A stretch of DNA of 64,000 nt from an uncultured bacterium (GCA_964451145.1 CAYVHK010000004.1:3844-67843); one strand, 5' to 3'. Positions 1-10,818 are shown, counted from the stretch's first letter. Numbers and translations are program-made. The notes: a model not told the origin generated them from the sequence alone.

Positions 1-616
1 TAAGACGTTTTTCGGAACCGATAATAGTGGTCCTAGAAATCAGATTAGTAGTATAAATATTCGTGTTAAATCACCTGATTTATTAAACCAAGGTCGATCA
101 GAAGTGGAAATGTTAATTCGCCAAAGGCACAATGATGAATCGTTTTTTGAAATAAGCAGTGTGGCTGATGATCTAAATTTTGCTAACAAAATACTGACAG
201 TCATCCAATTACTAATGATCATGATTACTATTTTTCCACTAGTGGTTGGTGGAATTGGTATTTTAAACATTATGCTGGTTTCAGTAGTTGAACGTGTGCC
301 AGAGATTGGACTACGAAAGGCGGTTGGAGGTAAGGGCTTCCAAATTCGACTCCAATTTTTAGTTGAGGCTGTCGTAATTAGCCTAATTGGTAGTATTTTG
401 GGTATGATTGGGGGATTCACTATTAGTACTATTTTAGGCCAAATTTTTAATCAGAAGTTTTCCGCTGATTTTGGTGTTGAGTGGCCGTCTTCGGTAACCT
501 TAGAATCAATTGTGATTGGTGTGTTGATGGGAATGATAGTTGGTGTGTCTTTCGGTTACTATCCGGCTAGTCAGGCTGCTCGTCTGACACCTATTGAAGC
601 CATTCGGAATAAGTAA
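1..616 (+). CDS. ABC transporter permease, FtsX/MacB-like, C-terminal portion (5' end lies outside window)
   Basis: ORF 104-616 is open to the window edge; multiple TM segments and C-terminal FtsX-type motif (...GLRKAVGG...LTPIEAIRNK) typical of MacB/LolE-type permeases. Confidence 0.7.
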   Translation, partial: KTFFGTDNSGPRNQISSINIRVKSPDLLNQGRSEVEMLIRQRHNDESFFEISSVADDLNFANKILTVIQLLMIMITIFPLVVGGIGILNIMLVSVVERVPEIGLRKAVGGKGFQIRLQFLVEAVVISLIGSILGMIGGFTISTILGQIFNQKFSADFGVEWPSSVTLESIVIGVLMGMIVGVSFGYYPASQAARLTPIEAIRNK

Positions 617-715
617 TCTTCGCTTTTTAGAACTAAGAACCACAACACATCCAAAGCTCAGGCACGCTTTTCTGTTCATGGATCTGGGACGGCTATTACT
701 TGCAATTTCTAAACC

Positions 716-744
716 TTGACAGAGAAACAGAGTCGGGCTATTAT
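716..744 (+). promoter_or_regulatory. sigma70-like promoter (TTGACA-17 nt-TATTAT) upstream of tmk
   Basis: Read directly: TTGACA at 716-721, 17-nt spacer, TATTAT at 739-744, 27 nt before the tmk ATG at 772. Confidence 0.4.
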
Positions 745-771
745 CGCGCCAAAACTGTTTAACTGGAAAAA

Positions 772-1386
772 ATGTTTATCACCTTTGAGGGAACGGAAGG
801 ATCAGGAAAAACTACACAAATTGGTCGTCTGGTTAAAGAATTATCGGAAGCCAATTATTCGGTTCAAAGCACACGTGAACCTGGTGGAACTACTGTTGGG
901 GATCAAATTCGTTCGATTCTGTTAAATCCACTTAATGAAAGATTATTTCCCACCTCCGAACTTCTTCTTTATGCAGCTTCTCGGGCCCAACACGTACGAG
1001 AGGTGATTGTTCCAGCTCTTAAAAATGGTGAAATTGTTATCTCCGATCGATTTGCCGATGCTTCTGTTGCTTATCAAAGCTATGGGCGAAATTTGAATTT
1101 AACATTGATTACCCAATTGAACCGGATTGCTACTGATGGCCTTGTTCCTGATTTAACTTTTTTGTTAGATTTACCAGTCGAAATTGGTTTGCAACGTGCT
1201 TCGAGTAGCCGAGGTACACTAGACCGTATAGAGCGGGAAAAACTTGAATTTCACCGACGAGTACAAACTGGATATTTGTCCATTGCTGAAGAGTCACCTG
1301 ATCGAATAAAGGTCGTTGATGCGACTAAATCCATGGACGTTATATACCAAGAAATTTGGTCCACAATCCAAAAAAAAATATCTTAA
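772..1386 (+). CDS. tmk: thymidylate kinase (dTMP kinase)
   Basis: 204 aa; N-terminal P-loop FEGTEGSGKTT, DRF/lid motifs; classic tmk-holB arrangement. Confidence 0.9.
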   Translation: MFITFEGTEGSGKTTQIGRLVKELSEANYSVQSTREPGGTTVGDQIRSILLNPLNERLFPTSELLLYAASRAQHVREVIVPALKNGEIVISDRFADASVAYQSYGRNLNLTLITQLNRIATDGLVPDLTFLLDLPVEIGLQRASSSRGTLDRIEREKLEFHRRVQTGYLSIAEESPDRIKVVDATKSMDVIYQEIWSTIQKKIS

Positions 1387-1399
1387 ATCAAATCTAATT

Positions 1400-2401
1400 A
1401 TGACTGTTGATACAATTTTCGGACACGACCAGATACAAAATCAACTCTACAATGCCATTGAAACTGATCGAGTTGCTGGTGCCTATTTATTCGTTGGAAT
1501 GGTGAGTTTAGGGAAAGAAAAAGTGGCTCTAAATTTTGCTCAGTCGATCAATTGTCTTAACTATCAAAATAACACATCTAATAATCAAAAAAGAGGGGCA
1601 TGCCACGAATGTCTTTCTTGCCGAAAAATGATGGCTGGTAATCACCCTGATTTTGCTGTTATTAGACCAGAAGGAACTCATATCAAAATCGATCAAGTTC
1701 GTTCTATTCAGAGTCAGATCATCTTTCGTCCTCTGGAAGGAAGACGAAAGATCTACTTATTCACCGATGTTGAAAAGATGAGTTTAGAAGCTGCTAATTG
1801 CTTGTTAAAAACATTGGAAGAACCACCAGCGGAATCAACACTCATTTTAGTTGCTAATAACATTGACGCTTTATTACCAACTATCCGTTCTCGGTGTCAA
1901 GTCTTACCTTTTCAGCCGATGAAAGTTGGAGAGTTGACCAAAGTACTGCTTGAGCTTTTTGATCTAGATCCTAGTCAAGCAACGACGATCGCAGCCCAAT
2001 CACAAGGAGCGGTTGGACAAGCGCTTTCTCTTTGTCAAACAGAAGAATTTGTTGAAGTTGGTGAAATTCCAGAAATTCTGACTAGTACTGACCGTTTGTC
2101 CATTTTCAGAATCGCTGAAACCTTAAGTGAAGACCCAGAGCAATTAGAACAGCTTTTGACTTGGTATCGGGATCTGCTCTTGATCCATCAACAGGTAAAT
2201 CCTAAATTGCTGACACATCAGCATAATTTGTCAGAGCTACAGAAAATAGTTGAAAAATATTCCCGATTTTATTTACAAAAAGCAATTGGAATTATTCTAG
2301 AAACTAAGAGTCGAATTGCTCATAACGTTAACACTCATTTAGCTATTGAAGTTATGGTATTAAATCTTTTGCCGAAGCCTGATGTCAAAAATCACCTATA
2401 A
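1400..2401 (+). CDS. holB: DNA polymerase III delta-prime subunit
   Basis: AAA+ clamp-loader fold (AYLFVG...LGKE), Zn-module CHEC..C..C, follows tmk; ATG at 1400 in frame with ORF 1316-2401. Confidence 0.8.
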   Translation: MTVDTIFGHDQIQNQLYNAIETDRVAGAYLFVGMVSLGKEKVALNFAQSINCLNYQNNTSNNQKRGACHECLSCRKMMAGNHPDFAVIRPEGTHIKIDQVRSIQSQIIFRPLEGRRKIYLFTDVEKMSLEAANCLLKTLEEPPAESTLILVANNIDALLPTIRSRCQVLPFQPMKVGELTKVLLELFDLDPSQATTIAAQSQGAVGQALSLCQTEEFVEVGEIPEILTSTDRLSIFRIAETLSEDPEQLEQLLTWYRDLLLIHQQVNPKLLTHQHNLSELQKIVEKYSRFYLQKAIGIILETKSRIAHNVNTHLAIEVMVLNLLPKPDVKNHL

Positions 2402-4235
2402 ATTGACGCTGTTACCGTCCAAAACTGGTGTGTATTTGATGAAAGATGAAAGGGATGTTGTGCTGTATGTTGGTAAAGCAAATTCGTTGAAAGATAGGGT
2501 TCGATCCTATTTTACTAACTCTAAACCACATGCTTTGACTGCATTGATGTTACCCTATGTAAGAGACATTGACTATATTGTCACCAGTAACGATGTTGAA
2601 GCATTAATCTTAGAAAACAACCTGATTAAAAAATACCAGCCGCTTTATAACATTCGTTTAAAAGATGACAAGGGATACCCGTACTTGAGAATAACCAACA
2701 ATGCACCTTTCCCAGCTTTAAAGGTCGTGAATCGAATAGCTGAAGATGGTGCACGTTATCTAGGACCATTTGTCAGGTCCCATGCTCTTCGCAAAACTGT
2801 TAAAGACTTAACTAAAGTTTTTCCCATTCGAACCTGTGATTTGGAGTTAAAGACAATTGGTAATAACCATCGGGTTTGTCTTGATTATCATATCGGTAGA
2901 TGTTCTGGTCCTTGCGCAGACCTCGTGAAACCAAAAGAATACGGAAAAATGGTCAAAAATGTGATTCGTTTTTTTAGTGGCGATACAACTATGGTTGTTA
3001 AAACCTTAGTGAAAAAAATGGAGATAGCCGTAACTCATCTTGATTTTGAGAATGCAGCTAAGTATCGGGACCAAATAGCTACTATACAACAAGCTATAAA
3101 TCAACAGAGCGTTGAAAATCCAATGGCGGAAGACGAGGACATTATTGGCATCGCTCGATCAGGAAAACAGACTTGCATAATGTTAATGCTAGTAAGAAAT
3201 GGTTCTTTGGTAGATCGAGAGACGTATTTTCTGTCTGATATCATTGTTGAATCAAAAACCTGGTTGTCAGAATCATTGATTGCCTTTATCCAACAATATT
3301 ATTCTGCTGCAACTTTTATTCCCAAGATGGTTATTTTGCCGATTGAAATCGAAGCACCTCAAACCATTCAAGATTGGTTAACTGACCAAAGAAGTCAATT
3401 AACTAATGGTAAACTAACAGCTCAAGTGCAACTACAAACACCTAAACGAGGGCGAAAACGACAGTTAATCGACTTAGCACAGAAAAACGCCCAACTGGCT
3501 TTAGAAAAAAAAGATGCCACGATATTGAAGGAGGAATTTGGGTTATCTAATAAAAAAGATCAGCTAGTTGACCTCCAAGAATTGTTGGATTTGCCACAAA
3601 TTCCGAAACGAATTGAAGGATTCGATATTTCTAATTTGGGTGATCAACTACCAGTAGCTTCGATGGTCGTAGCATTGGAAGGTGAACCTAAATACTCTGA
3701 GTATCGTCGATTTCGCATTAAAACAGTCAAAGGACAGAACGATTTTGAGATGATGAAAGAAGTTGTTCAACGGCGGTTTCAGCGACTAGCTCAAGACTGT
3801 AAATTTCCTGATTTAATTTTGATTGATGGTGGCAAAGGCCAATTAAATGCTGCTTGTCAAGCACTAAGGGAACTCGAATTATCTCATTTGCCGATAATTG
3901 GTTTGGCAAAAAAAAACGAGCATATCTTTCTTCCGGGTCGATCGATTCCCATAGTATTAAGGCATGATAATCCAACTTTGCATCTTATTCAACGTTTACG
4001 GAATGAGGCACATCGTTTTGCTATCAGTTACCATCGAAAATTAAGACGATTGGCTTTAAAAAAATCAGTATTAACTCAAATTCCACTGGTAGGTGAAAAA
4101 CGATAACAAGCTTTACTATCACATTTCGGTTCAATTGACAAAATTCGACAAGCAAATGTTAATGATTTACTTAACATCGATCAAATTGACATCAGAGTAG
4201 CTGAAAATATCTACCGCTATTTTCATTATGAATAA
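2382..4235 (+). CDS. uvrC: excinuclease ABC subunit C (UvrC), full length but with an in-frame TAA at 4104-4106
   Basis: GIY-YIG N-terminus (GVYLMKD...VLYVGKA), UvrBC-interaction and RNase H-like regions; the C-terminal (HhH)2 domain (QALLSHFGSIDKIRQANVNDLL...) continues in the SAME frame directly after the TAA that ends ORF 2382-4106. Confidence 0.8.
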
Positions 4236-4319
4236 TACAAAAAGTTACCGATGATTTTAAGGGTGATTTCAGCGCTCATTTTCTTTACAAAAGTCGAAAA
4301 AAGATAAGCAAGGGGTTTT

Positions 4320-5288
4320 ATGAAAGTATTAGTTGGACCTAACGGAGACATGGGGTTAGAAAACTCTATTCCAGAATTATCAGATCAATTTCCAAATGTC
4401 GAATTTCAAGTTTATTCCAGTTATGATGCAGTTACTAAAAATATCGCCGATGCCGATATTATGGTAGGCTGGCTAAACCAAGAAATATTTCAAGCTGCAA
4501 AAAATCTGAAGTGGATTCAATCAATTAGTTCTGGTACCAATCACTACTTAAATATCCCTGGACTAGCTGATAGCGAAGTCTTACTTACTAGTGCCAGTGG
4601 CACGCATGCTGCTTGTTTAGCTGAAAGTACAATGGGGATGATATTTGCCTTTACTCGTGGTATTCGTTCATCTATCCAAAAGCAAACGGCTAAGCAGTGG
4701 AACGAAAATCGATATATCCGCCGAGATATGAAAGAGCTAACTGGCAGTACAATGGGAATAATTGGTTTTGGTGCTACAGGTCGAGCTTTGGCAAGACGCG
4801 CGTTTGCTTTTGATATGCGGATTGTGGCTGTGGATGTGTTTCCCAGTGATAAACCAGAGTATGTTGATAATCTGTGGGGGATCGATCAACTTAGCGACCT
4901 TCTCAAAACCTCAGACTACGTGGTAATTATGGCCCCATATACTGACCAAACTAAAGGGATGATTGGTCGGAAAGAACTGGCTGATATGAAGTCATCTGCG
5001 ATGTTGCTCATAATGTCTCGTGGTGGAATTGTTGATCAAGAAGCACTATCGGAGGTCCTTAAAAACGGTCGTTTATCTGCTGCTGCTTCGGATGTTTTTA
5101 GCCCAGAACCACTGTCAATCGATAGCGATTTGTGGGATTTAGAAAATATGTTGATTACTCCACATATAGCTGGTGGAACTCAGCTTGAAGGGCAATATAT
5201 CACTCAGATTTTTTCTGATAATTTACAACGTTTTGTCAAAGGAGACTATGAATTGAAAAATCTGGTCCATAAAAAACGGGGTTTTTAG
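4320..5288 (+). CDS. D-isomer-specific 2-hydroxyacid dehydrogenase family protein (NAD-binding)
   Basis: 322 aa; GxGxxG-like IGFGATGRALARRA Rossmann motif, catalytic R/E/H pattern of 2-Hacid_dh family. Confidence 0.75.
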   Translation: MKVLVGPNGDMGLENSIPELSDQFPNVEFQVYSSYDAVTKNIADADIMVGWLNQEIFQAAKNLKWIQSISSGTNHYLNIPGLADSEVLLTSASGTHAACLAESTMGMIFAFTRGIRSSIQKQTAKQWNENRYIRRDMKELTGSTMGIIGFGATGRALARRAFAFDMRIVAVDVFPSDKPEYVDNLWGIDQLSDLLKTSDYVVIMAPYTDQTKGMIGRKELADMKSSAMLLIMSRGGIVDQEALSEVLKNGRLSAAASDVFSPEPLSIDSDLWDLENMLITPHIAGGTQLEGQYITQIFSDNLQRFVKGDYELKNLVHKKRGF

Positions 5289-5320
5289 TAATCAAGTCAA
5301 TTAATCATCCTTCCCCAACG

Positions 5321-5653
5321 ATGACATCAGGTGATTGGATCTATAATCTCCCTCGTTATCTACAATCCATTTTGGAAAGTACTGAACTCAGGGATGGTGA
5401 ATATTCGAGAACCAATTTCATCGAACGAATTCGAAAAGTCGAGTATGTGTCAACACATGAGGAAGATTTTCCTTTGCTGTTTGAGGTAGGAAAATTATTG
5501 CTCATCGAGTTTGCTAAAATGTCAGAGTCAATGATAAGTTTATCCAATCTGGAGATAGCAGTAATACCTTCAACTGAGCCTTTACCAATCGAGCGGGAAA
5601 ATATCGACTTAGTTGAACGGGCTTTGCCACAACCAATGATAGAGAACGGATAA
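5321..5653 (+). CDS. hypothetical cytoplasmic protein, translationally coupled (TAATG) to downstream S8 peptidase
   Basis: 110-aa ORF, no signal peptide, stop overlaps start of next gene. Confidence 0.45.
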   Translation: MTSGDWIYNLPRYLQSILESTELRDGEYSRTNFIERIRKVEYVSTHEEDFPLLFEVGKLLLIEFAKMSESMISLSNLEIAVIPSTEPLPIERENIDLVERALPQPMIENG

Positions 5654-7467
5654 TGATTGTCTTGTTGTCTTTCAGAAAGTCTGTATCGCTTCGTTTCTTT
5701 TTTCTTATTGTTTGGTTTGGAATTATTTGTTTGGGTGTGAATCCTATTCTTTTATCAAATCAAAGTATCCGTTCATTACACCCAGGACAGATTGCGAACG
5801 ACTCCAAATTTTGGATAAACTTTACTAACAAAGGAAGAGATAAAGACACCTCCCAATCCAAGATTCTTCTTGATCAGCCAATTCCAGCTATTTACCTTTC
5901 GGCTATTAATGAGCAGGGAGCTGAAACCCACTACCAGAGTCGTTGGCTAAATGCAGTTTCAGCTACGATTCAACACGACAGCCGTCAATCAATCTTATCC
6001 TTACCTTTTGTCCGATCAATTGAGCCAGTACGGACTTACCGAAAAACGATTCAAATCCCTATCTGGTTCAATCAAAAACATCATATTTTATCTGCTCCTG
6101 ATAAAAATCTTGATAATGAAGTAATTGGATATGGATTATCAAAACGACAGATCGAACAAGTTCAGGCTGAATTTCTGCATAGAAAGGGATATTGGGGAGA
6201 AACTGTAGTAATCGGTGTATTGGACACTGGTTTTGATTTGAGACATCAATCTCTTAACGAAATCGAAGTTATAAATCAGTGGGATTTTGTTAACAATGAT
6301 CCTGTAACTCAAGACGAACCAGATCAAGACGATCCAGGTCAATCTGATCACGGTTCGATTGTTTTAGGTGTCTTGGCCGCTAACACCCCCAATCAGTTAA
6401 TTGGTCTAGCTCCTCATGCTAAATATTTATTAGCCAAAACGGAAAAAAACTGGCAAAATGGGGTTGATTTCGAGCGACAAATCGAGGAGGATTGGTGGAT
6501 CGCGGGCCTTGAGTGGTTGGAAAAAAATGGTGCGAAAGTAGTTAACAGTTCGCTTGGTTACGCCAATTGGTATGATTTTTCGGATCTTGATGGACAAACA
6601 TCCAAAGTTACAATTGCAGCCAATACCGCCTTGAAAAAGGGAATACTTATTGTGACTGCTAGTGGCAATCTGGGAGCAAAACAACCACAGGATCATCAAC
6701 TCGGTTTAACCGGTCGTATTACCGTTCCTGCAGATGGATTTGATGTTTTGGCTATCGGCTCCGTTAATCGTTGGGGGGGACGCGCCGCCTTCAGTTCACG
6801 AGGACCAACTGTTGATGGTAGAATTAAACCTGATCTGGTAGCATTAGGTGAAGGGATTGCCAGCATCAAGCCGCGTAGTCAATTTGGTTTTGCCACTAAT
6901 CATCGTGGCACCTCGCTTTCGGCGCCTCTAGTGACGGGGATCGTCAGTCTGTTGATGCAAGCTTTTCCAAGAGTAACAGCCATCAACTTAGTATCTGTAC
7001 TTCGTTCTACAGCCAGCAATTCAGCCCAACCTAATAATGAAATTGGTTACGGAATTGTCCGGTCTGAGCAGGCCTATCAGTTTTTGTTAGATAAATTTCG
7101 TTATACTGGCCAACCAGAGCCAATTTTGGTTAAGAAAAAACGAGCCCGAATCGCTCTATTTAGTCAAATCAAATCACCATTGATTCGGCCTAATTATCCT
7201 AATCCTTTCAATGCTGAAACGTGGATTCCATTTTCTTTGCCTGCTGATGGGTTTGTCCAAATTAGTATTTATAATATTGTTGGCCATTTGGTCCAACAAC
7301 TACGGGTTGGTGAATGTTCAGCAGGCGATTATTTGACTGTTAATCGAGCTGCTTACTGGAATGGTCGCAGCAAATCAGGCCAAGCTATTACTAGTGGTAA
7401 TTACTTTGCCGTCCTATCGGTAGACGGTAAAAATTATCCAGCATACAAAATTACTCTACAAGAGTGA
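5653..7467 (+). CDS. secreted subtilisin-like serine peptidase (S8) with T9SS-type C-terminal sorting domain
   Basis: Catalytic triad motifs GVLDTGFD, DHGS, GTSLSAPLVTG; N-terminal signal/TM; C-terminus NYPNPFNAETWIPFSLP...ISIYNIVGHLV...SGNYFAVL matches T9SS CTD consensus. Confidence 0.85.
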   Translation: MIVLLSFRKSVSLRFFFLIVWFGIICLGVNPILLSNQSIRSLHPGQIANDSKFWINFTNKGRDKDTSQSKILLDQPIPAIYLSAINEQGAETHYQSRWLNAVSATIQHDSRQSILSLPFVRSIEPVRTYRKTIQIPIWFNQKHHILSAPDKNLDNEVIGYGLSKRQIEQVQAEFLHRKGYWGETVVIGVLDTGFDLRHQSLNEIEVINQWDFVNNDPVTQDEPDQDDPGQSDHGSIVLGVLAANTPNQLIGLAPHAKYLLAKTEKNWQNGVDFERQIEEDWWIAGLEWLEKNGAKVVNSSLGYANWYDFSDLDGQTSKVTIAANTALKKGILIVTASGNLGAKQPQDHQLGLTGRITVPADGFDVLAIGSVNRWGGRAAFSSRGPTVDGRIKPDLVALGEGIASIKPRSQFGFATNHRGTSLSAPLVTGIVSLLMQAFPRVTAINLVSVLRSTASNSAQPNNEIGYGIVRSEQAYQFLLDKFRYTGQPEPILVKKKRARIALFSQIKSPLIRPNYPNPFNAETWIPFSLPADGFVQISIYNIVGHLVQQLRVGECSAGDYLTVNRAAYWNGRSKSGQAITSGNYFAVLSVDGKNYPAYKITLQE

Positions 7468-9260
7468 ATCAAGTGGATATTCAAAATATTATTCAATCGA
7501 ACAACTTTGATACTGAGAGATTACGTTCAGCTGTTCATCGGCTAGTTCAAGCGTCGGCCGCCATCTTTGATTCATCAAACTGGCAGCCAGAGAGAGCTGA
7601 TGAATTTCGAAAAAGAATTCTCAATGAGATTGTTTTTCGGGGAGTACCACCGGATTGGCGAAGGCACCAAACAAAAATTGAATCGATTGATATTATCGAA
7701 ACTGACGGCGGTTATCAGATTCAAAAATTACGGTTAGAAATCTTGCCAGATTTTTGGATTCCAGCTTTGCTTTACCAACCAAATACATTTAAATTTAAAG
7801 AACCATTACCTGCTATGTTAAGTGTTAACGGACATATTGGTCCCCTTGGTAAGTCAATAGAATTTGTACAAAGGCGGTGTATTAACCTTGCGAAGCGAGG
7901 GATTTTGACTTTGCACTTAGAGTGGTTGTCTTTCGGTGAGTTGAGTGCCCCCAACTACACACACAATCGATTAGCCTATTTAGATTTGTGTGGAGTTAGC
8001 GGTTTATCTGTTTTCTATTTGGCGATGCGAGGTGGACTAGATCTGTTGTGGGAACATTCGTTTGTCGATAAAGAGAAGATTGCCATGACAGGTCTTTCTG
8101 GTGGCGGTTGGCAGACCATTGTTTTGAGTGCTTTAGATACCCGTATTGCTCTCTCAGTTCCTAATGCTGGTTACATCGACATTTCCAATCGATTGAGCCA
8201 TGTTGGCGACATTGGCGACTTAGAGCAAAACCCAACGGATTTTCTCACTTTGGCCGACTATACACATTTGACTGCTCTGTTATTCCCTCGTCCAGCTTTG
8301 TTGATTTATAATCACCAAGACGATTGCTGTTTTGTAGCTGACCGGGCTAAACCGGCTATTTACGATGCAGTTAAGCCGATCTACTCTGCTGATTCGTCGG
8401 CCATTTTTACGTTCTATAAAAATGTTGATCCCGGTACTCACAATTATGACCGAGATAATCGGCAACGATTGTACCGTTTCTTGAGCCAGCACTTTCACAT
8501 ACCAATAATTCAAGACAAAGATATGGAGTTAGAAAGTGAGATTTTGTCCTCTGATACCTTGGTAGTTGGTCTACCTGATAAAGTTGCTAATTTTAAAACA
8601 TTAACGACCAAAATTATCAGGCAACAACATCAAATGGTAAGTAAATCACCTGAAAAACTGAAAAGTATTCTCCGTTTTCAACCAACCTCTGTGCACCAAG
8701 TTGAACCAGCGAGTATGGAAGGACAAAGTGGTCAGTTCATTTTTGATAATGGCTTATCAGCATTCTTTTGCCGATTTGAACCCGAAACAAATACAACGAA
8801 TGAAACCGTAATATTGATTGCAGATCAGGGAGTAAGTTCAATGCTTACCGAAATTGATAAACAGATTAAGATCGGAAAATCGGTGCTAGCAGTTGATTTA
8901 TTTCTCACTGGTCAGGCTATACCTACTGGAATGTCTGTTTCTCATACAGTGATGTTACTTTCGACTGTAGGCCTTCGGGCACTCGGGCTTCAAGTGTCTC
9001 AATTAATTGCTATCATTAACTGGAATTTCCAACGATATTCGTCTGAGCGAATATCTCTGTTTAGTAAAGGATGGACAACTAGCATTGTTGCTCAACTCAC
9101 GAAAGAATTGTGTTTTGATCGAATAGAAAATCACATAGCCCTGAACCCACTAATAAGGCTACGGAATTTGATTGACAAGGAAGTTGAATACGAGCAGTGT
9201 CCAGCTCTATTTTGTTTCGGTCTACTTCGACATATTGATGGGACATCATTCAGGAATTAA
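7464..9260 (+). CDS. alpha/beta-hydrolase family protein (esterase/dienelactone-hydrolase-like)
   Basis: 598 aa; nucleophile-elbow GLSGGG; GTG start overlaps upstream TGA (GTGA). Confidence 0.55.
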   Translation: MNQVDIQNIIQSNNFDTERLRSAVHRLVQASAAIFDSSNWQPERADEFRKRILNEIVFRGVPPDWRRHQTKIESIDIIETDGGYQIQKLRLEILPDFWIPALLYQPNTFKFKEPLPAMLSVNGHIGPLGKSIEFVQRRCINLAKRGILTLHLEWLSFGELSAPNYTHNRLAYLDLCGVSGLSVFYLAMRGGLDLLWEHSFVDKEKIAMTGLSGGGWQTIVLSALDTRIALSVPNAGYIDISNRLSHVGDIGDLEQNPTDFLTLADYTHLTALLFPRPALLIYNHQDDCCFVADRAKPAIYDAVKPIYSADSSAIFTFYKNVDPGTHNYDRDNRQRLYRFLSQHFHIPIIQDKDMELESEILSSDTLVVGLPDKVANFKTLTTKIIRQQHQMVSKSPEKLKSILRFQPTSVHQVEPASMEGQSGQFIFDNGLSAFFCRFEPETNTTNETVILIADQGVSSMLTEIDKQIKIGKSVLAVDLFLTGQAIPTGMSVSHTVMLLSTVGLRALGLQVSQLIAIINWNFQRYSSERISLFSKGWTTSIVAQLTKELCFDRIENHIALNPLIRLRNLIDKEVEYEQCPALFCFGLLRHIDGTSFRN

Positions 9261-9283
9261 TCTTTTTTCTTTTTCAGAAAAAA

Positions 9284-10132
9284 TTGGAGAATATAATGAG
9301 ACTTGGTGGACCATTATTTGGTCAAATAACTGACGTGGACAGCTGGGTTAAATTGGTGAAAGCTCAGGGCTATACTGCGGCCTATTGTCCGATTGGACCA
9401 TCTGCGAACGAACAGATAGCTCAAGATTATGTTATGGCGGCTAAGGAAAATGATATTGTCCTTGCGGAGGTGGGTGCTTGGAGTAATCCGATTAGTACCA
9501 ATGTTAAGGAACAACAAGCGGCTATTCAAAAATGTAAAACCTATTTGGCTCACGCTGATCGGATGGGGGCATTATGCTGTGTTAATATCGCCGGAGCTAG
9601 AGGTAACAAGTGGGATGGTCCCTTCGCTGATAACCTATCAGCTGAAACTTTTGACCTAATTGTCGCTACCACACAGGAAATTATTGACTATGTTCAACCA
9701 AGCCATACTTATTATACTTTGGAGATGATGCCGTGGGTATTTCCTGATAGTCCAGAAAGCTATCTGAAATTGATTGAAGCCATTGATCGTCCTCGTTTTG
9801 CAGTTCATCTTGATCCGGTGAATATCATCAATAGTCCTGCTCGCTATTTCTCGACCGGCGACCTAATCCGTCAGTGTTTTGATATGCTTGGTTCACAGAT
9901 TAAAAGTTGTCACGCTAAAGACATTATTTTGTCATCTGATCTAACCGTTCATTTGGACGAAACTCGACCAGGATTAGGTGGATTAGACTATGTCTCTTTT
10001 TTAACTGAGCTAGATAAATTACCACCGGACGTTCCCCTTATGCTAGAACATTTATCAACTGCCAAAGAGTATCGGCTGGCTGCGGAATATATTCGATCGG
10101 TAGCTAATGATAACCAAATTATGTTTTCTTAA
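9284..10132 (+). CDS. sugar phosphate isomerase/epimerase (xylose isomerase-like TIM barrel)
   Basis: 282 aa; AP-endonuclease-2/TIM-barrel family signature residues (H..D..E pattern, LEMMPW). Confidence 0.65.
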   Translation: MENIMRLGGPLFGQITDVDSWVKLVKAQGYTAAYCPIGPSANEQIAQDYVMAAKENDIVLAEVGAWSNPISTNVKEQQAAIQKCKTYLAHADRMGALCCVNIAGARGNKWDGPFADNLSAETFDLIVATTQEIIDYVQPSHTYYTLEMMPWVFPDSPESYLKLIEAIDRPRFAVHLDPVNIINSPARYFSTGDLIRQCFDMLGSQIKSCHAKDIILSSDLTVHLDETRPGLGGLDYVSFLTELDKLPPDVPLMLEHLSTAKEYRLAAEYIRSVANDNQIMFS

Positions 10133-10793
10133 CTATTTGTTTAACTATCGCCATTAAACTTCGTACTTTTTTGGCATCCCGTTTACCTTTAGAAAATTCT
10201 ACACCAGAACACAAGTCTATACCATTAGGCTGAACCATTCGGATAGCCTCTTCCACATTCTGAGGATTAATACCACCCGATAAAAAAGTTGCTACGGGGC
10301 TTTCTTTTGTGATGGTTGCTGCTGCCTCCCAATCACCGGTTTTTCCGGTTCCACCAAACCGATTTTGACTAAGATCAATAGTATCTAGTAGAATAGCATC
10401 AGTTCCAGCAGCCACATGAGCTGTTACCTTCCTTCTTAAATCAGCCACATTCACGGTTTCGCCAGCTGGCATGAATAGTGATTTCCAAATTTCGACTTCA
10501 CTATTCTTCTTGAGTTCGGCAACTTGAACCGGTGTTTCGTTCCCCAACAGTTGAACCGCGAAAGGAGAAATGTACTCGATTGCTGATAAAATCCAATCTG
10601 TCGGTTGATCAAAAACTAAAATGACTGTAGGTATAGGCGTATATTGATTTAATCGTTTAGCTTGATCAACTGTTATCGAACGTTCCGAAAATGGTACCTC
10701 AACTACCAATCCAGAGTAGTTGGCTCCGCAGTCAGCCGCTAGTTTCGCGTCTGCTATTGTGGTTGTACCACATAGTTTTACCCAAAAATTCAT
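10119..10793 (-). CDS. trpF: phosphoribosylanthranilate isomerase
   Basis: 224 aa; N-terminal VKLCGTTTIADAKLAADCGA and C-terminal FLSGGINPQNVEEAI are TrpF (PRAI) hallmarks. Confidence 0.8.
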   Translation of the reverse strand: MNFWVKLCGTTTIADAKLAADCGANYSGLVVEVPFSERSITVDQAKRLNQYTPIPTVILVFDQPTDWILSAIEYISPFAVQLLGNETPVQVAELKKNSEVEIWKSLFMPAGETVNVADLRRKVTAHVAAGTDAILLDTIDLSQNRFGGTGKTGDWEAAATITKESPVATFLSGGINPQNVEEAIRMVQPNGIDLCSGVEFSKGKRDAKKVRSLMAIVKQIVKKT

Positions 10794-10818
10794 ATTCTAA
10801 AATTATTGTGCGAAATAT

